From an uncultured Alphaproteobacteria bacterium (lineage in GTDB: Bacteria; Pseudomonadota; Alphaproteobacteria; Rs-D84): a stretch of DNA of 64,000 nt. A model generated the notes under the pieces. It had not been told where the DNA came from. It saw only the letters and a list, made by a program, of their open reading frames with translations, and made no database searches. Made by a program: the position numbers and the translations under genes. The stretch lies in assembly GCA_949878575.1 (NCBI GenBank), contig CATLAX010000001.1:202752-266751 (forward strand). Direction: 5' to 3'. This document shows positions 27,339-39,819 of this stretch, one piece after another (position 1 is the stretch's first letter; each line of letters opens with the position of its first letter).

Positions 27339-27367
27339 TTGACAATATTCGGGTACGCGGTTATAGT
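27339..27367 (+). promoter_or_regulatory. strong sigma70-type promoter of the str operon (rpsL-rpsG-fusA-tuf)
   Basis: TTGACA (27339-27344), exactly 17 nt, then TATAGT (27362-27367). Lies about 150 nt upstream of the rpsL ATG. Confidence 0.6.
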
Positions 27368-27515
27368 ATGTTCGCTTTCCGTGTAAATAAGGAAAGAAAA
27401 AACACAGAAATCTGATAAATCTGACAGATTTATAATCGCTGGCATGCCTGCGAAATAAGTCTGGAGGGCAGGTTTTGTGCAGACAAAAGTTGTAAGGAAA
27501 ACAAAGAGATTTTGA

Positions 27516-27887
27516 ATGCCAACAGTAAACCAACTGATTCGGAAACCACGTAAGAAGGTCGTCGTTAAATCCACGGCGCCGGATATGGTGGAATGTCCGC
27601 AAAAGCGTGGTGTTTGCACTCGCGTGTACACAACCACACCTAAGAAACCTAACTCGGCTCAGCGTAAGGTGGCTCGTGTTAAACTGGCCAATGGACGCGA
27701 AGTAACGGCGTATATTCCGGGCGAAGGTCACAATCTGCAGGAACACAGTGTTGTTATGATTCGTGGCGGTCGTGTAAAGGACTTGCCTGGTGTAAAATAT
27801 CACATCATCCGCGGTGTTCTGGATACCAAGGGTGTTGACAGCCGTAAACAGGGTCGTTCTTTGTATGGTGCAAAGGTAAAGAAATAA
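27516..27887 (+). CDS. rpsL: 30S ribosomal protein S12
   Basis: [14 protein letters not shown]...[16 protein letters not shown]... Confidence 0.98.
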   Translation: MPTVNQLIRKPRKKVVVKSTAPDMVECPQKRGVCTRVYTTTPKKPNSAQRKVARVKLANGREVTAYIPGEGHNLQEHSVVMIRGGRVKDLPGVKYHIIRGVLDTKGVDSRKQGRSLYGAKVKK

Positions 27888-27956
27888 TAACATACATGCG
27901 GTGATGCCGCGTGAGTAATCCGGGAAAGCCGGGTGAAGAATAAAAGGGAAAAGAAA

Positions 27957-28430
27957 ATGTCAAGACGTAAAAGCGCAGCTAAACGTGAAATTTTACCAGA
28001 TTCCAAGTACAACAATCTGGTTGTTGCAAAATTAATAAATAATATTATGTGGGACGGCAAAAAGGAAGTTGCCGAAAATATCGTTTACGGCGCGATGGAT
28101 GAACTGAAGAAAATCGCAAAAGACGGCGACGAACTGGCGGCATTGTTAGAGGCGATTGATGCCTTGAAGCCCTCTGTTGAGGTTAAGGGTCGTCGTGTCG
28201 GTGGTGCGACATATCAGGTTCCGGTAGAGGTAAGACCCGCACGTCAGCAGACATTGGCTATCCGTTGGTTGGTTATGTTTGCGCGCAAGCGTGGCGAACG
28301 TACGATGAAAGACCGTCTGTTCGGCGAATTGCGCGATGCGTTGAACGGCCAGGGCGGCGCGTTCAAAAAGAAAGTTGACACGCATAAAATGGCTGATGCG
28401 AACAAGGCGTTTGCCCATTTCCGCTGGTAA
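27957..28430 (+). CDS. rpsG: 30S ribosomal protein S7
   Basis: [18 protein letters not shown]... ending AFAHFRW. Internal ATG chosen at 27957. Confidence 0.97.
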   Translation: MSRRKSAAKREILPDSKYNNLVVAKLINNIMWDGKKEVAENIVYGAMDELKKIAKDGDELAALLEAIDALKPSVEVKGRRVGGATYQVPVEVRPARQQTLAIRWLVMFARKRGERTMKDRLFGELRDALNGQGGAFKKKVDTHKMADANKAFAHFRW

Positions 28431-28475
28431 TACACAAGGCATAAAAGAAAGACAATTTAAAATAAGGAAAGACAC

Positions 28476-30557
28476 ATGTCTGTTGGAAAAACCGCTCCTT
28501 TGCATATGTACCGCAATATCGGCATTATGGCCCATATTGACGCGGGCAAAACCACAACTTCTGAACGTATTTTGTTCTATACCGGTAAAAGCTATAAAAT
28601 TGGTGAAGTGCACGACGGTGCCGCGACCATGGACTGGATGGCCCAGGAACAGGAACGCGGTATCACCATTACGTCTGCGGCAACAACGTGCTTTTGGCGT
28701 GATCATCGTATTAACCTGATTGACACCCCCGGCCACGTTGACTTTACAATGGAAGTAGAGCGCAGTCTGCGTGTTCTGGACGGTGCTGTTGCGGTGTTTG
28801 AATCCGTGTCCGGTGTTCAGCCCCAGACGGAAACCGTATGGCGCCAGGCCGACCGTTACAATGTTCCGCGTATTTGCTTTATTAACAAGATGGACCGTAT
28901 CGGCGGGAATTTCTTCCGCTGCGTTGACATGATTCGCGAACGTCTGGGTGCAAATCCGTTGGTCTTGAATTTCCCGATTGGTGCGGAATCCGATTTCAAG
29001 GGCGTTGTTGACGTTCTGGAAATGAAGGGGATTGTTTGGGAAGATGAAAACGGCAGCAACCCCGTTACGATAGACATACCCGAAGATTTAAAGGCAAAGG
29101 CGGAAGAACTGCACAATGCTCTGATTGAAGAGGTTGTGACCCTGGACGACGATGTCATGGAAGCCTATATGGAAGGCAAAGAGCCTGATCATGACACAAT
29201 CAAAAAATTACTGCGCAAGGGCACCATTGCACAAAACTTTGTGCCGGTAATGTGCGGTTCTGCGTTTAAAAACAAGGGTGTTCAGCCGTTGTTGGATGCC
29301 ATTGTTGACTATTTGCCGTCACCGTTGGATATTCCTGCGATTAAGGGTACAAAGATGGACGGCGAAACTGTTGCAGAACGCCACCCGAGCGCCAACGAAC
29401 CGTTTAGTGCACTGGCCTTTAAGGTTGCCAACGACCCGTTCGTCGGAAACCTGATGTTTATCCGTATATATTCCGGTAAACTGACATCCGGTTCGTATAT
29501 TTACAACTCCAACCGCGACAAGCGCGAACGTGTTGGCCGTATGTTGCTGATGCATGCAAACAACCGTGAAGAAATCAAGGAAGCGTCCGCTGGAGACATT
29601 GTGACGCTGGTCGGTATGAAGGAAACTATTACCGGCGATACGCTGTGTGATGAGTCCAATCCGATTATTCTGGAAAACATTCATGTCCCGGAACCGGTTA
29701 TCAGTATTGCGGTTGAGCCGAAGACAAAGGCCGATATTGAAAAAATGTCGCTGGGTCTGCAGGCGCTGGCCAAAGAGGATCCGTCTTTCCGCGTATCTGT
29801 TGACGAAGAATCCGGTCAGACCATTCTGGCGGGTGTTGGTGAATTGCACCTGGAAATTCTGGTTGACCGTCTGCTGCGTGAATTCAAGGTTGACGTTGCT
29901 GTTGGCGAACCGCGTATTGCGTATCGTGAAACATTCCGTAAACCGATTACAGAAGAATATACTCACAAAAAGCAGTCCGGCGGTTCCGGTCAGTACGCCC
30001 AGGTTAAGATTGAATTCCAGCCGTTGGAACCTGGCCAGGGATACGAATTTGAAAACAAGATTGTCGGCGGGGCCATTCCGAAAGAATATATCCCCGGCGT
30101 AGAAAAGGGTTTGAAGATAGCGCAGCAGACCGGTGTTCTGATTGGCTATCCCACAGTGGATTTCAAGGCCACGTTGGTAGATGGTAAGTACCACGAAGTT
30201 GACTCCAACGTGCTGTGCTTTGAAATTGCGGCGCGTGCCTGCTTCCGCGAAGCGATGAAAAAGGCCTCGCCAAAGTTGTTGGAACCGATTATGAAGCTTT
30301 CGGTAAACACGCCGGAAGAATACGTCGGTGACATCATCGGGGACCTGAACAGTCGCCGCGGTCAGATTAACGGTATTGAAACCCAGTTCGGCAATCAGCT
30401 GATATCTGCGTTCGTGCCGCTGGCTAACCTGTTCGGATACGTTAAGACATTGCGTTCTTTGTCGCAGGGGCGTGCAAATCCTTATATGGAATTGTCGCAC
30501 TATGCCGAAGTTCCGTCTAACGTTGCAGACGAAGTTATCAAGAAGCTGACAAAATAA
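28476..30557 (+). CDS. fusA: elongation factor G
   Basis: [30 protein letters not shown] and NKMDR. 693 aa. Confidence 0.98.
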   Translation: MSVGKTAPLHMYRNIGIMAHIDAGKTTTSERILFYTGKSYKIGEVHDGAATMDWMAQEQERGITITSAATTCFWRDHRINLIDTPGHVDFTMEVERSLRVLDGAVAVFESVSGVQPQTETVWRQADRYNVPRICFINKMDRIGGNFFRCVDMIRERLGANPLVLNFPIGAESDFKGVVDVLEMKGIVWEDENGSNPVTIDIPEDLKAKAEELHNALIEEVVTLDDDVMEAYMEGKEPDHDTIKKLLRKGTIAQNFVPVMCGSAFKNKGVQPLLDAIVDYLPSPLDIPAIKGTKMDGETVAERHPSANEPFSALAFKVANDPFVGNLMFIRIYSGKLTSGSYIYNSNRDKRERVGRMLLMHANNREEIKEASAGDIVTLVGMKETITGDTLCDESNPIILENIHVPEPVISIAVEPKTKADIEKMSLGLQALAKEDPSFRVSVDEESGQTILAGVGELHLEILVDRLLREFKVDVAVGEPRIAYRETFRKPITEEYTHKKQSGGSGQYAQVKIEFQPLEPGQGYEFENKIVGGAIPKEYIPGVEKGLKIAQQTGVLIGYPTVDFKATLVDGKYHEVDSNVLCFEIAARACFREAMKKASPKLLEPIMKLSVNTPEEYVGDIIGDLNSRRGQINGIETQFGNQLISAFVPLANLFGYVKTLRSLSQGRANPYMELSHYAEVPSNVADEVIKKLTK

Positions 30558-30603
30558 AAAATAGAGTTTTAAACCTAAACAAGCCAAGCCTAAGGAGAAA
30601 ACC

Positions 30604-31791
30604 ATGGCAAAAGAAAAGTATGTAAGAACCAAGCCGCATGTTAACATCGGTACCATCGGTCACGTTGACCACGGTAAAACGACGCTGACAGCCGCTATTG
30701 TTCATTATTACGGCGTCGGTGCCGATGCCGCCAAGGGTGTTGACCAGATTGACAACGCTCCGGAAGAAAAAGCGCGTGGTATAACAATTAACACTGCGCA
30801 CGTTGAATATGAAACGGAACATCGCCACTATGCTCACGTTGACTGCCCGGGCCACGCGGACTATGTTAAAAACATGATTACCGGTGCCGCGCAGATGGAC
30901 GGTGCTATTTTGGTGGTTGCCGCGACAGACGGTCCGATGCCTCAGACACGCGAACACATCCTGTTGGCGCGCCAGGTGGGTATTCCGAAAATCGTTGTAT
31001 ACTTAAACAAGTGCGATTTGGCCAATGATCCGGAATTGCTGGAATTGGTTGAAATGGAAATTCGTGAACTGTTGTCTGCGAACGATTTCGATGGCGACAA
31101 TGCTCCGATTATCCGTGGTTCCGCTATTTCTGCCCTGGAAGGCAAAAGCGACGGTCTGGGCAAGGAATCCATTGACGCGTTGTTGAAGGCTTGCGATGAA
31201 TTCATCCCGATGCCGGAACGTCCGGTTGACAAACCGTTCCTGATGCCGATTGAAGACGTGTTCTCTATCACCGGTCGTGGTACCGTTGTGACAGGCCGTA
31301 TTGAATCCGGTACCATCAAGGTTGGTGATGAATGCGAAATTGTTGGTCTGCGTCCGACACAGAAAACAACTGTAACCGGTGTTGAAATGTTCCGCAAACT
31401 GCTGGATCAGGGTGAAGCCGGCGACAACGTAGGTCTGTTGCTGCGTGGTACAAAGAAAGAAGATGTTGAACGTGGTCAGATTATCTGCAAACCGGGTTCC
31501 ATCACACCGCACACAGAATTTGAAGCTGAGGTTTATATCTTGACGAAGGAAGAGGGTGGTCGTCATACGGCGTTCTTCTCTAACTATCGTCCGCAGTTCT
31601 ACTTCAGCACAACTGACGTAACTGGTACAATCACATTGCCGGCTGACAAAGAAATGGTTCTGCCGGGTGACAACGTTCGTATCACGGTGCAGCTGATTGC
31701 CCCGATTGCTATGAACGAAGGTCGTCGCTTTGCTATCCGCGAAGGCGGACGCACGGTTGGCGCCGGTGTTGTATCTAAGATTATCAAATAA
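30604..31791 (+). CDS. tuf: elongation factor Tu
   Basis: [40 protein letters not shown] and NKCD. 395 aa. Confidence 0.98.
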   Translation: MAKEKYVRTKPHVNIGTIGHVDHGKTTLTAAIVHYYGVGADAAKGVDQIDNAPEEKARGITINTAHVEYETEHRHYAHVDCPGHADYVKNMITGAAQMDGAILVVAATDGPMPQTREHILLARQVGIPKIVVYLNKCDLANDPELLELVEMEIRELLSANDFDGDNAPIIRGSAISALEGKSDGLGKESIDALLKACDEFIPMPERPVDKPFLMPIEDVFSITGRGTVVTGRIESGTIKVGDECEIVGLRPTQKTTVTGVEMFRKLLDQGEAGDNVGLLLRGTKKEDVERGQIICKPGSITPHTEFEAEVYILTKEEGGRHTAFFSNYRPQFYFSTTDVTGTITLPADKEMVLPGDNVRITVQLIAPIAMNEGRRFAIREGGRTVGAGVVSKIIK

Positions 31792-31869
31792 TACAACCAA
31801 CGGGTCGGTGTAACTGGATGAAATAGCGCCAGTGATTACCGGCCCGGATAAAAATAAGGAAACGAACAA

Positions 31870-32181
31870 ATGGTACCTGCATCTAAAATTCGCATCAAGT
31901 TGACGGCGTTTGACCACAGAGTCTTGATGGAATCTGTGGAAGAAATTGTCAAAACTGCAAAGCGCACTGGCGCGGATGTCGTTGGACCCGTTCGCTTGCC
32001 GACTTTGATTCAGAAATTTACGGTGAACCGTTCGCCGCACGTTGACAAGAAGTCGCGTGAGCAGTTTGAAATCCGCAATCACAAAGCGGTAATTGATATT
32101 GTTAATCCAACCCCTCAGACTGTTGATGCTTTGATGAAGTTGGATTTGGCGTCTGGTGTTGACGTAAAGATTAAATTGTAA
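31870..32181 (+). CDS. rpsJ: 30S ribosomal protein S10
   Basis: [22 protein letters not shown]...GPVRLPT...[13 protein letters not shown]. Confidence 0.97.
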   Translation: MVPASKIRIKLTAFDHRVLMESVEEIVKTAKRTGADVVGPVRLPTLIQKFTVNRSPHVDKKSREQFEIRNHKAVIDIVNPTPQTVDALMKLDLASGVDVKIKL

Positions 32182-32251
32182 GGCTGTTAGGTTGGTGTGG
32201 GATGCAAACAATAAAACGCGCCAACCTCTGACATAAAAAAAGGCAACAAAA

Positions 32252-32959
32252 ATGAAACGTAGCGGATTAATTACAACAAAAATAGGAATGACGCGTCTGT
32301 ATGACGACGCGGGGGCGGCCCATGCGGTGACGGTCCTGGCGGTCGGCGATTGCACTGTTATCGGAAATCGTACGGCGGACAAGAACGGTTATGTCGCAAA
32401 TATTGTCGGTATGCGCGAGGCCAAGGCAAAACATATTGCAAAACCCCAGGCGGTTGCAGCAGAAAAGGCGGGTGTAAAACCTTTCCGCAAAGTTGTTGAG
32501 TTCCGCGTATCTGATGACTGCATTATCCCGGCGGGAACTGCGTTGTCGGCGGAGCATTTTGTTGCCGGTCAATTTGTTGACGTCCAGGCGACAAGCAAAG
32601 GTAAGGGATTCCAGGGCGCGATGAAGCGTCACAACTTTGGCGGTAAAGAAGCGACACACGGTGTTTTGAAAGCTCATCGTTCCATCGGTGGTACCGGTAT
32701 GCGCGAATGGCCGGGCCGTGTTTTGAAAGGCAAAAAGATGGCCGGTCAGATGGGTAATGAAACCGTTACGGTTCAGAACTTGAAAGTGTTTGGCACTGAT
32801 GCCGCAGAAAATCTGATTTTTGTTGAAGGCGCGGTTCCGGGGGCAAACGGAACATTCGTGTTGGTTACGGACGCGGTTAAGAAAGAACACAAAGACCTGC
32901 CGATGCCGACCAAAATGCGTGACGCAAAAGCAACCGAAACAGAAGCTGTTGCGGAATAA
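32252..32959 (+). CDS. rplC: 50S ribosomal protein L3
   Basis: GLITTKIGMTRLY...SKGKGFQGAMKRHNFGG... Confidence 0.97.
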   Translation: MKRSGLITTKIGMTRLYDDAGAAHAVTVLAVGDCTVIGNRTADKNGYVANIVGMREAKAKHIAKPQAVAAEKAGVKPFRKVVEFRVSDDCIIPAGTALSAEHFVAGQFVDVQATSKGKGFQGAMKRHNFGGKEATHGVLKAHRSIGGTGMREWPGRVLKGKKMAGQMGNETVTVQNLKVFGTDAAENLIFVEGAVPGANGTFVLVTDAVKKEHKDLPMPTKMRDAKATETEAVAE

Positions 32960-32996
32960 TAAATAAAAGAGTAACAGCAAGAGTAAGGTGATAAAA

Positions 32997-33617
32997 ATGC
33001 AAATAGATATCGTAAATTTTGATGGAAAATCGGTCGGCAAGGTTGAATTGGCTGACCAGATATTCGGATTGGAACCCCGTGCGGACATCTTGCATCGTGT
33101 CGTAACATGGCAGCGCGCGAAATCTCGTGCCGGCACACATGCGGTAAAGACCGTGTCAGATGTGGAAGGCAGCGGCAAGAAAGCCTTTAAGCAGAAAAAG
33201 ACCGGTAACGCGCGTCAGGGTGAAAAATATAATGTTCACATGCGTGGCGGTGGTGTTGTTCATGGGCCGGTTGTTCGCGACCACTCTATTGACCTGCCGA
33301 AAAAGGTACGCGCGCTTGGTCTGAAAATGGCTTTGTCTTCAAAGGCGAAAGAGGGCGACCTGATTGTTATTGATTCCGAAAAGCTGAATGCGGCCAAAAC
33401 AGGCGCGTTTGCAAAACAGCTGAAGAATCTGGGGCTGACATCGGCGCTGTTTGTTGGTGCGGATACGCTGGATGAAAACTTTAAGAAATCTGCGGCAAAC
33501 ATTGCAAACATTGATGCTTTGCCGACGATTGGTCTGAATGTTTTGGATATTCTGAAACATGACAAGTTGGTTTTGACAGCAGACGCGGTCAAAGCGGTAG
33601 AAGCAAGATTGGCATAA
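32997..33617 (+). CDS. rplD: 50S ribosomal protein L4
   Basis: The ATG at 32997 follows TAAGG (a GTG at 32988 is possible). ...VVTWQRAKSRAGTHAVKT...KKAFKQKKTGNARQG. Confidence 0.95.
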   Translation: MQIDIVNFDGKSVGKVELADQIFGLEPRADILHRVVTWQRAKSRAGTHAVKTVSDVEGSGKKAFKQKKTGNARQGEKYNVHMRGGGVVHGPVVRDHSIDLPKKVRALGLKMALSSKAKEGDLIVIDSEKLNAAKTGAFAKQLKNLGLTSALFVGADTLDENFKKSAANIANIDALPTIGLNVLDILKHDKLVLTADAVKAVEARLA

Positions 33618-33635
33618 TAAAGAAAGGTCAATAAA

Positions 33636-33968
33636 ATGGCAGAAAAAAAAGTTAGTACAGAGAAAAAAATCGTTGCGACCGCCGGTACTTATGGTATACT
33701 GCGTCGGCCGATAATCTCGGAAAAGGCAGCAAAACTGTCTGAAAACAACGGCGTAGCATTTGAAGTTGCGGCGAATGCCACAAAAGAAGATGTTGCGCGT
33801 GCGGTTCTGGCGATTTACAATGTGAAACCGACCAAGGTTAACATTGTGGTTGTCAAAGGTAAGGTTAAGACCTTCCGTGGCCGCAGCACGGGCACACAGC
33901 GCACTGTGAAAAAGGCATATGTTTCATTGCCGGCAGATGCAAAACTGGACTTGTCCGCAAACATATAA
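33636..33968 (+). CDS. rplW: 50S ribosomal protein L23
   Basis: ILRRPIISEKAAKL...FEVAANATKEDVARAV...VNIVVVKGK. Confidence 0.95.
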   Translation: MAEKKVSTEKKIVATAGTYGILRRPIISEKAAKLSENNGVAFEVAANATKEDVARAVLAIYNVKPTKVNIVVVKGKVKTFRGRSTGTQRTVKKAYVSLPADAKLDLSANI

Positions 33969-34044
33969 TACAAGCAAACCGTTCTGGCAGAGAATCCGGG
34001 GTACTGGACGTTAGTGTCAGAACAGAAACAAAGGTAAGAAAAAA

Positions 34045-34878
34045 ATGGCATTAAAGCATTATAAGCCGAATACGCCGGGTATGCGCGGGTTGACACAGGT
34101 TGACCGTAGCGAGCTGCACCGTGGCGCGCCGGAAAAATCGCTGACCGTTGGTTTGAAATCCAAGGGTGGTCGTAATAATTTCGGACATGTTACCGTCATG
34201 CATCAGGGCGGCGGTCACAAACGCAAATATCGTCTGATTGATTTTAAACGTAAAAAGACCGGTGTTCCGGCGAAAGTTGTGCGTTTGGAATATGATCCGA
34301 ACCGTACCGCATTTATTGCATTGATTGAATATACGGACGGTGTTCGTTCCTATATTTTGGCACCGCGTGATTTGAATGTTGGCGATGTTGTTATTTCCGG
34401 TATCCGTGAAGATATTAAGCCGGGTAATGCAATGCCGTTGAAAAACATGCCGATCGGTACGATTGTTCACAATGTTGAACTGAAACCGGGTGCAGGCGGC
34501 CAGTTGGCGCGCAGTGCCGGTTGCTATGCCCAGTTGATGGGTAAAGACGGTGTATATGCCCAGATTAAGATGAACAGTGGCGAACTGCGCAAGGTTCATT
34601 CTGATTGTTTGGCGACTGTTGGCAGCGTTTCCAATCCGGATCAGCGCAATGTCAACCTGGGCAAGGCCGGTCGTGCGCGTTGGTTGGGTATCCGCCCGTC
34701 CGTACGCGGTATGGCGATGAACCCGAACGACCATCCGATGGGTGGTGGTAACGGTCACTCTAAGGGCCATGAACCTGTGTCTCGTACAGGTATCCCGGCA
34801 AAGGGTTATCGTACGCGCAGCAACAAACGTACTGCTAAGATGATTATCCGTAGCAGACATTTGGCAAAGAAGAAATAA
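34045..34878 (+). CDS. rplB: 50S ribosomal protein L2
   Basis: [15 protein letters not shown]...[15 protein letters not shown]...[11 protein letters not shown]. Confidence 0.98.
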   Translation: MALKHYKPNTPGMRGLTQVDRSELHRGAPEKSLTVGLKSKGGRNNFGHVTVMHQGGGHKRKYRLIDFKRKKTGVPAKVVRLEYDPNRTAFIALIEYTDGVRSYILAPRDLNVGDVVISGIREDIKPGNAMPLKNMPIGTIVHNVELKPGAGGQLARSAGCYAQLMGKDGVYAQIKMNSGELRKVHSDCLATVGSVSNPDQRNVNLGKAGRARWLGIRPSVRGMAMNPNDHPMGGGNGHSKGHEPVSRTGIPAKGYRTRSNKRTAKMIIRSRHLAKKK

Positions 34879-34933
34879 TAAAATAGGCCGGTGATCTATA
34901 TGGTGGCCGGCCAAAGAAAAAACGGAGTTATTA

Positions 34934-35218
34934 ATGTCTCGTTCTGTTTGGAAAGGTCCGTATGTTCATCCCTCTGTCTTGAAAAAGACGGCTGCGGCGA
35001 TTGAAAAAGACGACCACAAGCCGATTAAAACATGGTCTCGCGGCAGCACGATTGTGCCGCCGATGGTTGGGCTGACCTTTGAGGTTCACAACGGTAACAA
35101 ATTTATCCCTGTGTCAATCGTGGAAGATATGATTGGTCACAAGCTGGGTGAATTTGCGCCGACCCGTACGTTTAAGGGTCACGCTGCTAATAAAAAGGCC
35201 GCGGCCGGCAAGAAATAA
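34934..35218 (+). CDS. rpsS: 30S ribosomal protein S19
   Basis: [11 protein letters not shown]...[12 protein letters not shown]...[16 protein letters not shown]. Confidence 0.97.
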   Translation: MSRSVWKGPYVHPSVLKKTAAAIEKDDHKPIKTWSRGSTIVPPMVGLTFEVHNGNKFIPVSIVEDMIGHKLGEFAPTRTFKGHAANKKAAAGKK

Positions 35219-35230
35219 AGGTAAGTAGTT

Positions 35231-35635
35231 ATGACAACGACAAGATATGGAATTAAAGAAAATCAGGTTCGCGCCTTTAACAAGATGATTCGCGTCAGCC
35301 ACCAGAAACTGAATCTGGTTTGCGACATGGTTCGCGGTTTGCCGGTTGAACGTGCGGTTGATGTCTTGAAGTTTTCCAAAAAGCGTGTTGCCGGCGAAGT
35401 TTTAAAGACTTTGCTGTCTGCGGTTGCAAATGCGGAACACAACAAGAATCTGCCGGTGGAAACCTTGTTCATCAAGGAAATCTGGTGTGGCAAGGCGCTG
35501 ACGATGAAGCGTATTATGGCCGGTCCGCGCGGCAGTGCGCGTCCGATTTTAAAGCCGTTCTCTAACCTGACGATTGTTCTGGAATCGGGAACTGCGCCGG
35601 TAAAAAAAGCAAAAAAAGAAACAAAAGCAAAATAA
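35231..35635 (+). CDS. rplV: 50S ribosomal protein L22
   Basis: IRVSHQKLNLVCDMVRG...VLKFSKKRVAGEVLK...ANAEHN. Confidence 0.95.
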   Translation: MTTTRYGIKENQVRAFNKMIRVSHQKLNLVCDMVRGLPVERAVDVLKFSKKRVAGEVLKTLLSAVANAEHNKNLPVETLFIKEIWCGKALTMKRIMAGPRGSARPILKPFSNLTIVLESGTAPVKKAKKETKAK

Positions 35636-35723
35636 TAAAGCCGGGGTCGGTGGTATGGAGTAATCCTGAATAAAACCTCAAAGGTTTCAAGAACACGGAC
35701 CCTTAAAATAAGGAAAAAAGAAA

Positions 35724-36425
35724 ATGGGACAGAAAGTATCGCCAATTTCACAGCGTCTGGGTATCAACAAGACTACTGATTCACGCTGGATTGCGGGCAA
35801 GAAAGATTATGCCGCGTTGGTTGCAGAGGATATTAAAATCCGCAAATTTATAGAAAAGAAACTGAAGAAAGCCGGATTGGCCAAAGTCGTTGTTGAACGC
35901 TTTGCAAAAAAGGTTGTGGTTACAATCCACACATCCCGTCCGGGTATGATTATCGGCAAAAACGGTGCTGATATTGAAGCTCTGCGTAATGACATCAAGA
36001 AATTGGTAAAAAATGATCAGGTTGTCGTGAATATTTATGAGGTTCGCCGTCCTGACTTGAATGCCCACTTGGTTGCGCAAAACATGGCCCAGCAGATAGA
36101 GGGCCGCGTATCGCCGAAGCGCGCCATGAAAAAGGCTGTTCAAAATGCCCAGAAAGCGGGCGCCCAGGGTATCAAGGTTATGTGCTCTGGCCGTTTGAAT
36201 GGTGCGGAAATCGCACGCAGCGAACAGATCCGCGAAGGACGTATTCCGTTGCACACACTGCGTGCGGACATTGACTATGCGTCCATACAGGCGAAAACAA
36301 CATACGGCGTTATCGGTGTAAAGGTTTGGATTTACACAGGTGATGTTGTAAACAAGGAAAAGCTGGCATCGGAAATGGCAAGACCTGCAGAATATGCCGG
36401 CAGCAGCGAAAGAAGAAACAAGTAA
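35724..36425 (+). CDS. rpsC: 30S ribosomal protein S3
   Basis: MGQKVSPISQRLGINKTTDSRW...GIKVMCSGRLNGAEIAR. Confidence 0.97.
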   Translation: MGQKVSPISQRLGINKTTDSRWIAGKKDYAALVAEDIKIRKFIEKKLKKAGLAKVVVERFAKKVVVTIHTSRPGMIIGKNGADIEALRNDIKKLVKNDQVVVNIYEVRRPDLNAHLVAQNMAQQIEGRVSPKRAMKKAVQNAQKAGAQGIKVMCSGRLNGAEIARSEQIREGRIPLHTLRADIDYASIQAKTTYGVIGVKVWIYTGDVVNKEKLASEMARPAEYAGSSERRNK

Positions 36426-36494
36426 ATTTTTGCCGGCATCTATATGGTGTCGGGCGGACAAAAATTGAATAAAAGTAATAAAAGGTAGTTAATT

Positions 36495-36908
36495 ATGTTG
36501 ATGCCAACAAAAACAAAATTTCGCAAACAGCACAAAGGCCGCATTCATGGTGTGGCCAAAGGCGGCAGCGAATTGGCGTTCGGCTCGTTTGGGTTGAAGG
36601 CCATGAGTCCGGAACGTGTTACCGCCCGTCAGATAGAGGCGGCACGTCGTGCGATTACACGTCATATGAAGCGTATGGGTAAACTGTGGATTCGCGTATT
36701 CCCGGATGTTCCCGTAACCAAAAAGCCCGCGGAAGTCCGTATGGGTAAAGGTAAGGGTGCGGTTGAATACTGGATTTGCCGTGTAAAACCGGGGCGCATC
36801 ATGTTTGAACTGGACGGTGTCAAACCGGAGGTTGCATATGAAGCATTCGCCCTGGCGGCGGCCAAATTGCCGGTAAAGACAAAGATTGTGGAACGCAAGG
36901 TTAACTAA
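36495..36908 (+). CDS. rplP: 50S ribosomal protein L16
   Basis: [19 protein letters not shown]...[11 protein letters not shown]. Confidence 0.97.
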   Translation: MLMPTKTKFRKQHKGRIHGVAKGGSELAFGSFGLKAMSPERVTARQIEAARRAITRHMKRMGKLWIRVFPDVPVTKKPAEVRMGKGKGAVEYWICRVKPGRIMFELDGVKPEVAYEAFALAAAKLPVKTKIVERKVN

Positions 36909-36958
36909 AACAAACAGGTTGCGCACCCCGATGGGGTAATGCAAAAAAGGTAGCTAAG

Positions 36959-37153
36959 ATGGCAGACAAGAAAGTTGAAAAAGAATCTTTGACGATGGAA
37001 GCTTTGCAGAGCAAGCTGGTTGATTTGAAAAAAGAGCAGATGAATCAGCGTTTCCAGCATGCTGCGGGCCAGTTGCCCAAAACGCATGTTATGCGTCAGA
37101 CGCGTCGTGAAATTGCGCGTGTCAAGACAAAACTGCGCGATGCAAAAAAATAA
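36959..37153 (+). CDS. rpmC: 50S ribosomal protein L29
   Basis: [24 protein letters not shown]...RREIARVKT. Confidence 0.9.
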   Translation: MADKKVEKESLTMEALQSKLVDLKKEQMNQRFQHAAGQLPKTHVMRQTRREIARVKTKLRDAKK

Positions 37154-37310
37154 ATAAAATTGCTGATTTTTGTTGAGATTTCTAAATTTTTAGTTATCAT
37201 ATGCCGAAATCGGTTAAAAAAACAAGCAAGTAGCCCGTGGGTCCGGCATTATGGCAGAATGCTGTAAACGGCCGGAAACTGGGGGTTAAAACAGGTAAGG
37301 GACTAAAGTT

Positions 37311-37577
37311 ATGCCAAGACGTATACTGCAGGGAACAGTAACAAGTACAGCGAATGACAAAACAGTTGTCGTTGAAGTGGAACGTCGTTTCCGCCACCCG
37401 CTGTATGGTAAGTTCGTAAAGCAGAACAAAAAGTATAAAGCGCACGATGAAAACAACGAGTTTAAGGTTGGGGACATTGTCGCAATAGAAGAACATCGGC
37501 CGATATCCAAGACAAAGTCATGGATTGTTAAGGGACGCGTTGGCGTTTCCAAGAACGATGAGGTTGAAGTGGCCTAA
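37311..37577 (+). CDS. rpsQ: 30S ribosomal protein S17
   Basis: [36 protein letters not shown]...RPISKTKSW. Confidence 0.95.
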   Translation: MPRRILQGTVTSTANDKTVVVEVERRFRHPLYGKFVKQNKKYKAHDENNEFKVGDIVAIEEHRPISKTKSWIVKGRVGVSKNDEVEVA

Positions 37578-37697
37578 CGGCCGAAACCATGGGGTTCTTT
37601 GAGGTCTGGTGTCTGGAACATTCGGCACTGTGACAGTCGGAACCCGTAACAAAGCGGCGGGGGATTGCCCCGTCTGCAGGATAAAGGTAGAAAAACT

Positions 37698-38072
37698 ATG
37701 ATTCAGAATGAAACAGTTATGACGGTTGCCGACAACTCTGGTGCGCGTAAAGCCATGTGCATCAAGGTTTTGGGCGGTTCTCATCGTCGGTATGCGACGG
37801 TGGGTGACAAAATTGTCGTTGCCATCAAGGAAGCCATTCCCCGCGGCAAGGTTCAGAAAGGTACGGTTCAGCGTGCGATTATTGTACGTACAAAATTCCC
37901 GGTAAAGCGTCCGGATGGTTCTATTATCCGTTTTGACGACAATGCGGTTGTTTTGATTAACAAAAACAATTTTGAACCGATTGGCACGCGTATCTTTGGG
38001 CCGATTGCCCGTGAAGTGCGCCGCAAGTACGACGTTCAGAAGATTGTCTCCCTGGCGCCAGAGGTAATATAA
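37698..38072 (+). CDS. rplN: 50S ribosomal protein L14
   Basis: [30 protein letters not shown] at 37698 follows AAGGTAG. Confidence 0.97.
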   Translation: MIQNETVMTVADNSGARKAMCIKVLGGSHRRYATVGDKIVVAIKEAIPRGKVQKGTVQRAIIVRTKFPVKRPDGSIIRFDDNAVVLINKNNFEPIGTRIFGPIAREVRRKYDVQKIVSLAPEVI

Positions 38073-38114
38073 TATTTGGACGACAGGCAACATCAAAGAC
38101 AAAAGGCAAGCAAA

Positions 38115-38417
38115 ATGAAAATAAAGAAAGGCGACGAAGTCGTAGTTATTTCCGGGAAATACAAGGGCGTTAAGGGCAAAGTTCTGGAAGCGCGCCCGAC
38201 AGAATCCCGTGTTGTTGTAGAAGGTGTGAATCGCCGTAAATGGCATATAAAGCCGACACAGGAACAGCCGGGACACATAGTTGACCGCGAGGCGCCGGTT
38301 CATGTATCCAATGTTGCGCTGATTGACCCGAAAACCAAAAAGGCCACACGTGCCGGTTATAAAATGGAACAGGGCAAGAAAGTTCGCATTGCAAAGAAAT
38401 CCGGGGTTGAAATCTAA
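38115..38417 (+). CDS. rplX: 50S ribosomal protein L24
   Basis: [24 protein letters not shown] (KOW motif). Confidence 0.95.
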   Translation: MKIKKGDEVVVISGKYKGVKGKVLEARPTESRVVVEGVNRRKWHIKPTQEQPGHIVDREAPVHVSNVALIDPKTKKATRAGYKMEQGKKVRIAKKSGVEI

Positions 38418-38464
38418 GAATGGTTTCCCGCTGTTACGGGAACAAAACATGTAAGGAAAACAAA

Positions 38465-39010
38465 ATGCAAAGCAGATTGCGTGAAATTTATGAAAAGAAC
38501 ATTGTGCCGGAACTGGTAAAAGAGTTCGGTTATACAAACAAACTGGCGGTGCCAAAGCTGACGAAAATTGTGTTAAACATGGGTGTCGGCGAGGCTGTGT
38601 CCGATAAAAAGAAGCTGGATGCGGCGGCGGCGGATTTGACAGCTATTGCAGCACAGAAATCCGTTATCACACGCGCCAAAAAGTCTATTGCGACATATCG
38701 TCTGCGCGAAGGTCAGCCTATCGGTACAAAGGTGACGCTGCGTGGTAAAAGAATGTACGATTTCCTGGACAAGCTGATTACGGTTGCGTTGCCGCGCGTA
38801 AAGGATTTTCGCGGATTGTCAAAATCAAAGTTTGACGGTCGCGGCAATTATGCTTTCGGTATTAAAGAACACCTGATTTTCCCGGAAATCTCTGTTGACA
38901 AGATTGATGCGATTCGCGGTATGGATATTGTTATCGCCACAACCGCAAAGACTGACGAAGAAGCGCGCGCACTGCTGACGAAAATCGGCCTGCCGCTGGT
39001 GTTGAAATAA
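38465..39010 (+). CDS. rplE: 50S ribosomal protein L5
   Basis: [25 protein letters not shown]...[15 protein letters not shown]. Confidence 0.97.
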   Translation: MQSRLREIYEKNIVPELVKEFGYTNKLAVPKLTKIVLNMGVGEAVSDKKKLDAAAADLTAIAAQKSVITRAKKSIATYRLREGQPIGTKVTLRGKRMYDFLDKLITVALPRVKDFRGLSKSKFDGRGNYAFGIKEHLIFPEISVDKIDAIRGMDIVIATTAKTDEEARALLTKIGLPLVLK

Positions 39011-39028
39011 TAAGAGTAAGGAAAAAAA

Positions 39029-39331
39029 ATGGCTAAGTTAGCGTTGATAAACAAACAGAAAAGACGTGAAAAACTGGTCGCGCAGTACGCCAAAAAGCGT
39101 GAGGCGATAAAGGCCAAGATGTCCGTCAATGCCACGCCTGACGAACGTATGGATGCGATGAAAAAGCTGGCAAAACTGCCGCGTAATGCAAATCCGACAC
39201 GTCTGCGCAACCGTTGCAGTGTTACCGGTCGTTCACGCGGTTTTTCCCGCATGTTCGGTCTGTGCCGCCAGCAGGTTCGTACAATGGCGTCCGAAGGCAA
39301 GCTGCCGGGCGTTCGTAAGTCAAGCTGGTAA
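39029..39331 (+). CDS. rpsN: 30S ribosomal protein S14 (long form)
   Basis: ...[43 protein letters not shown]. Confidence 0.96.
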   Translation: MAKLALINKQKRREKLVAQYAKKREAIKAKMSVNATPDERMDAMKKLAKLPRNANPTRLRNRCSVTGRSRGFSRMFGLCRQQVRTMASEGKLPGVRKSSW

Positions 39332-39401
39332 ACAAAAACTAACGCAGCTGTGGACAATGCAGCTGTTTGCGCCGGATTTCCCGGCATAATAGGAGTAAAA
39401 G

Positions 39402-39800
39402 ATGTCATTATCACACCCGATAGGAGATATGGTAACCCGCATTCGCAATGGTCAGAATGCAGGCAAGGAAACCATTTCCGTTCCGGCCAGCAATCTGCGT
39501 GCGGCCGTACTGTCCGTCTTGAAAGACGAAGGTTTTATCACTGATTTTCGCAAGGAACAGATTGACGAACATCGTTCCAATTTGATTGTTGAATTGAAAT
39601 ATGTCGGCGGCAATGGTGCGATTCAGGAAATTTCCGTTGTATCCAAACCCGGTCGCCGTGTTTATTCCGGCAGTGCAAAAATGCCGAAAGTTTTGAACGG
39701 TCTGGGTATTGCAATCGTATCCACGCCCAACGGCGTCATGACCGACCACAAGGCGCGCCTGATGAATGTCGGCGGTGAAGTATTGTGCAAGGTTATATAA
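39402..39800 (+). CDS. rpsH: 30S ribosomal protein S8
   Basis: PIGDMVTRIRNGQNAGKETISVPAS...LKDEGFI. Confidence 0.97.
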   Translation: MSLSHPIGDMVTRIRNGQNAGKETISVPASNLRAAVLSVLKDEGFITDFRKEQIDEHRSNLIVELKYVGGNGAIQEISVVSKPGRRVYSGSAKMPKVLNGLGIAIVSTPNGVMTDHKARLMNVGGEVLCKVI

Positions 39801-39819
39801 TTGAAGTGAGGAACAAGTT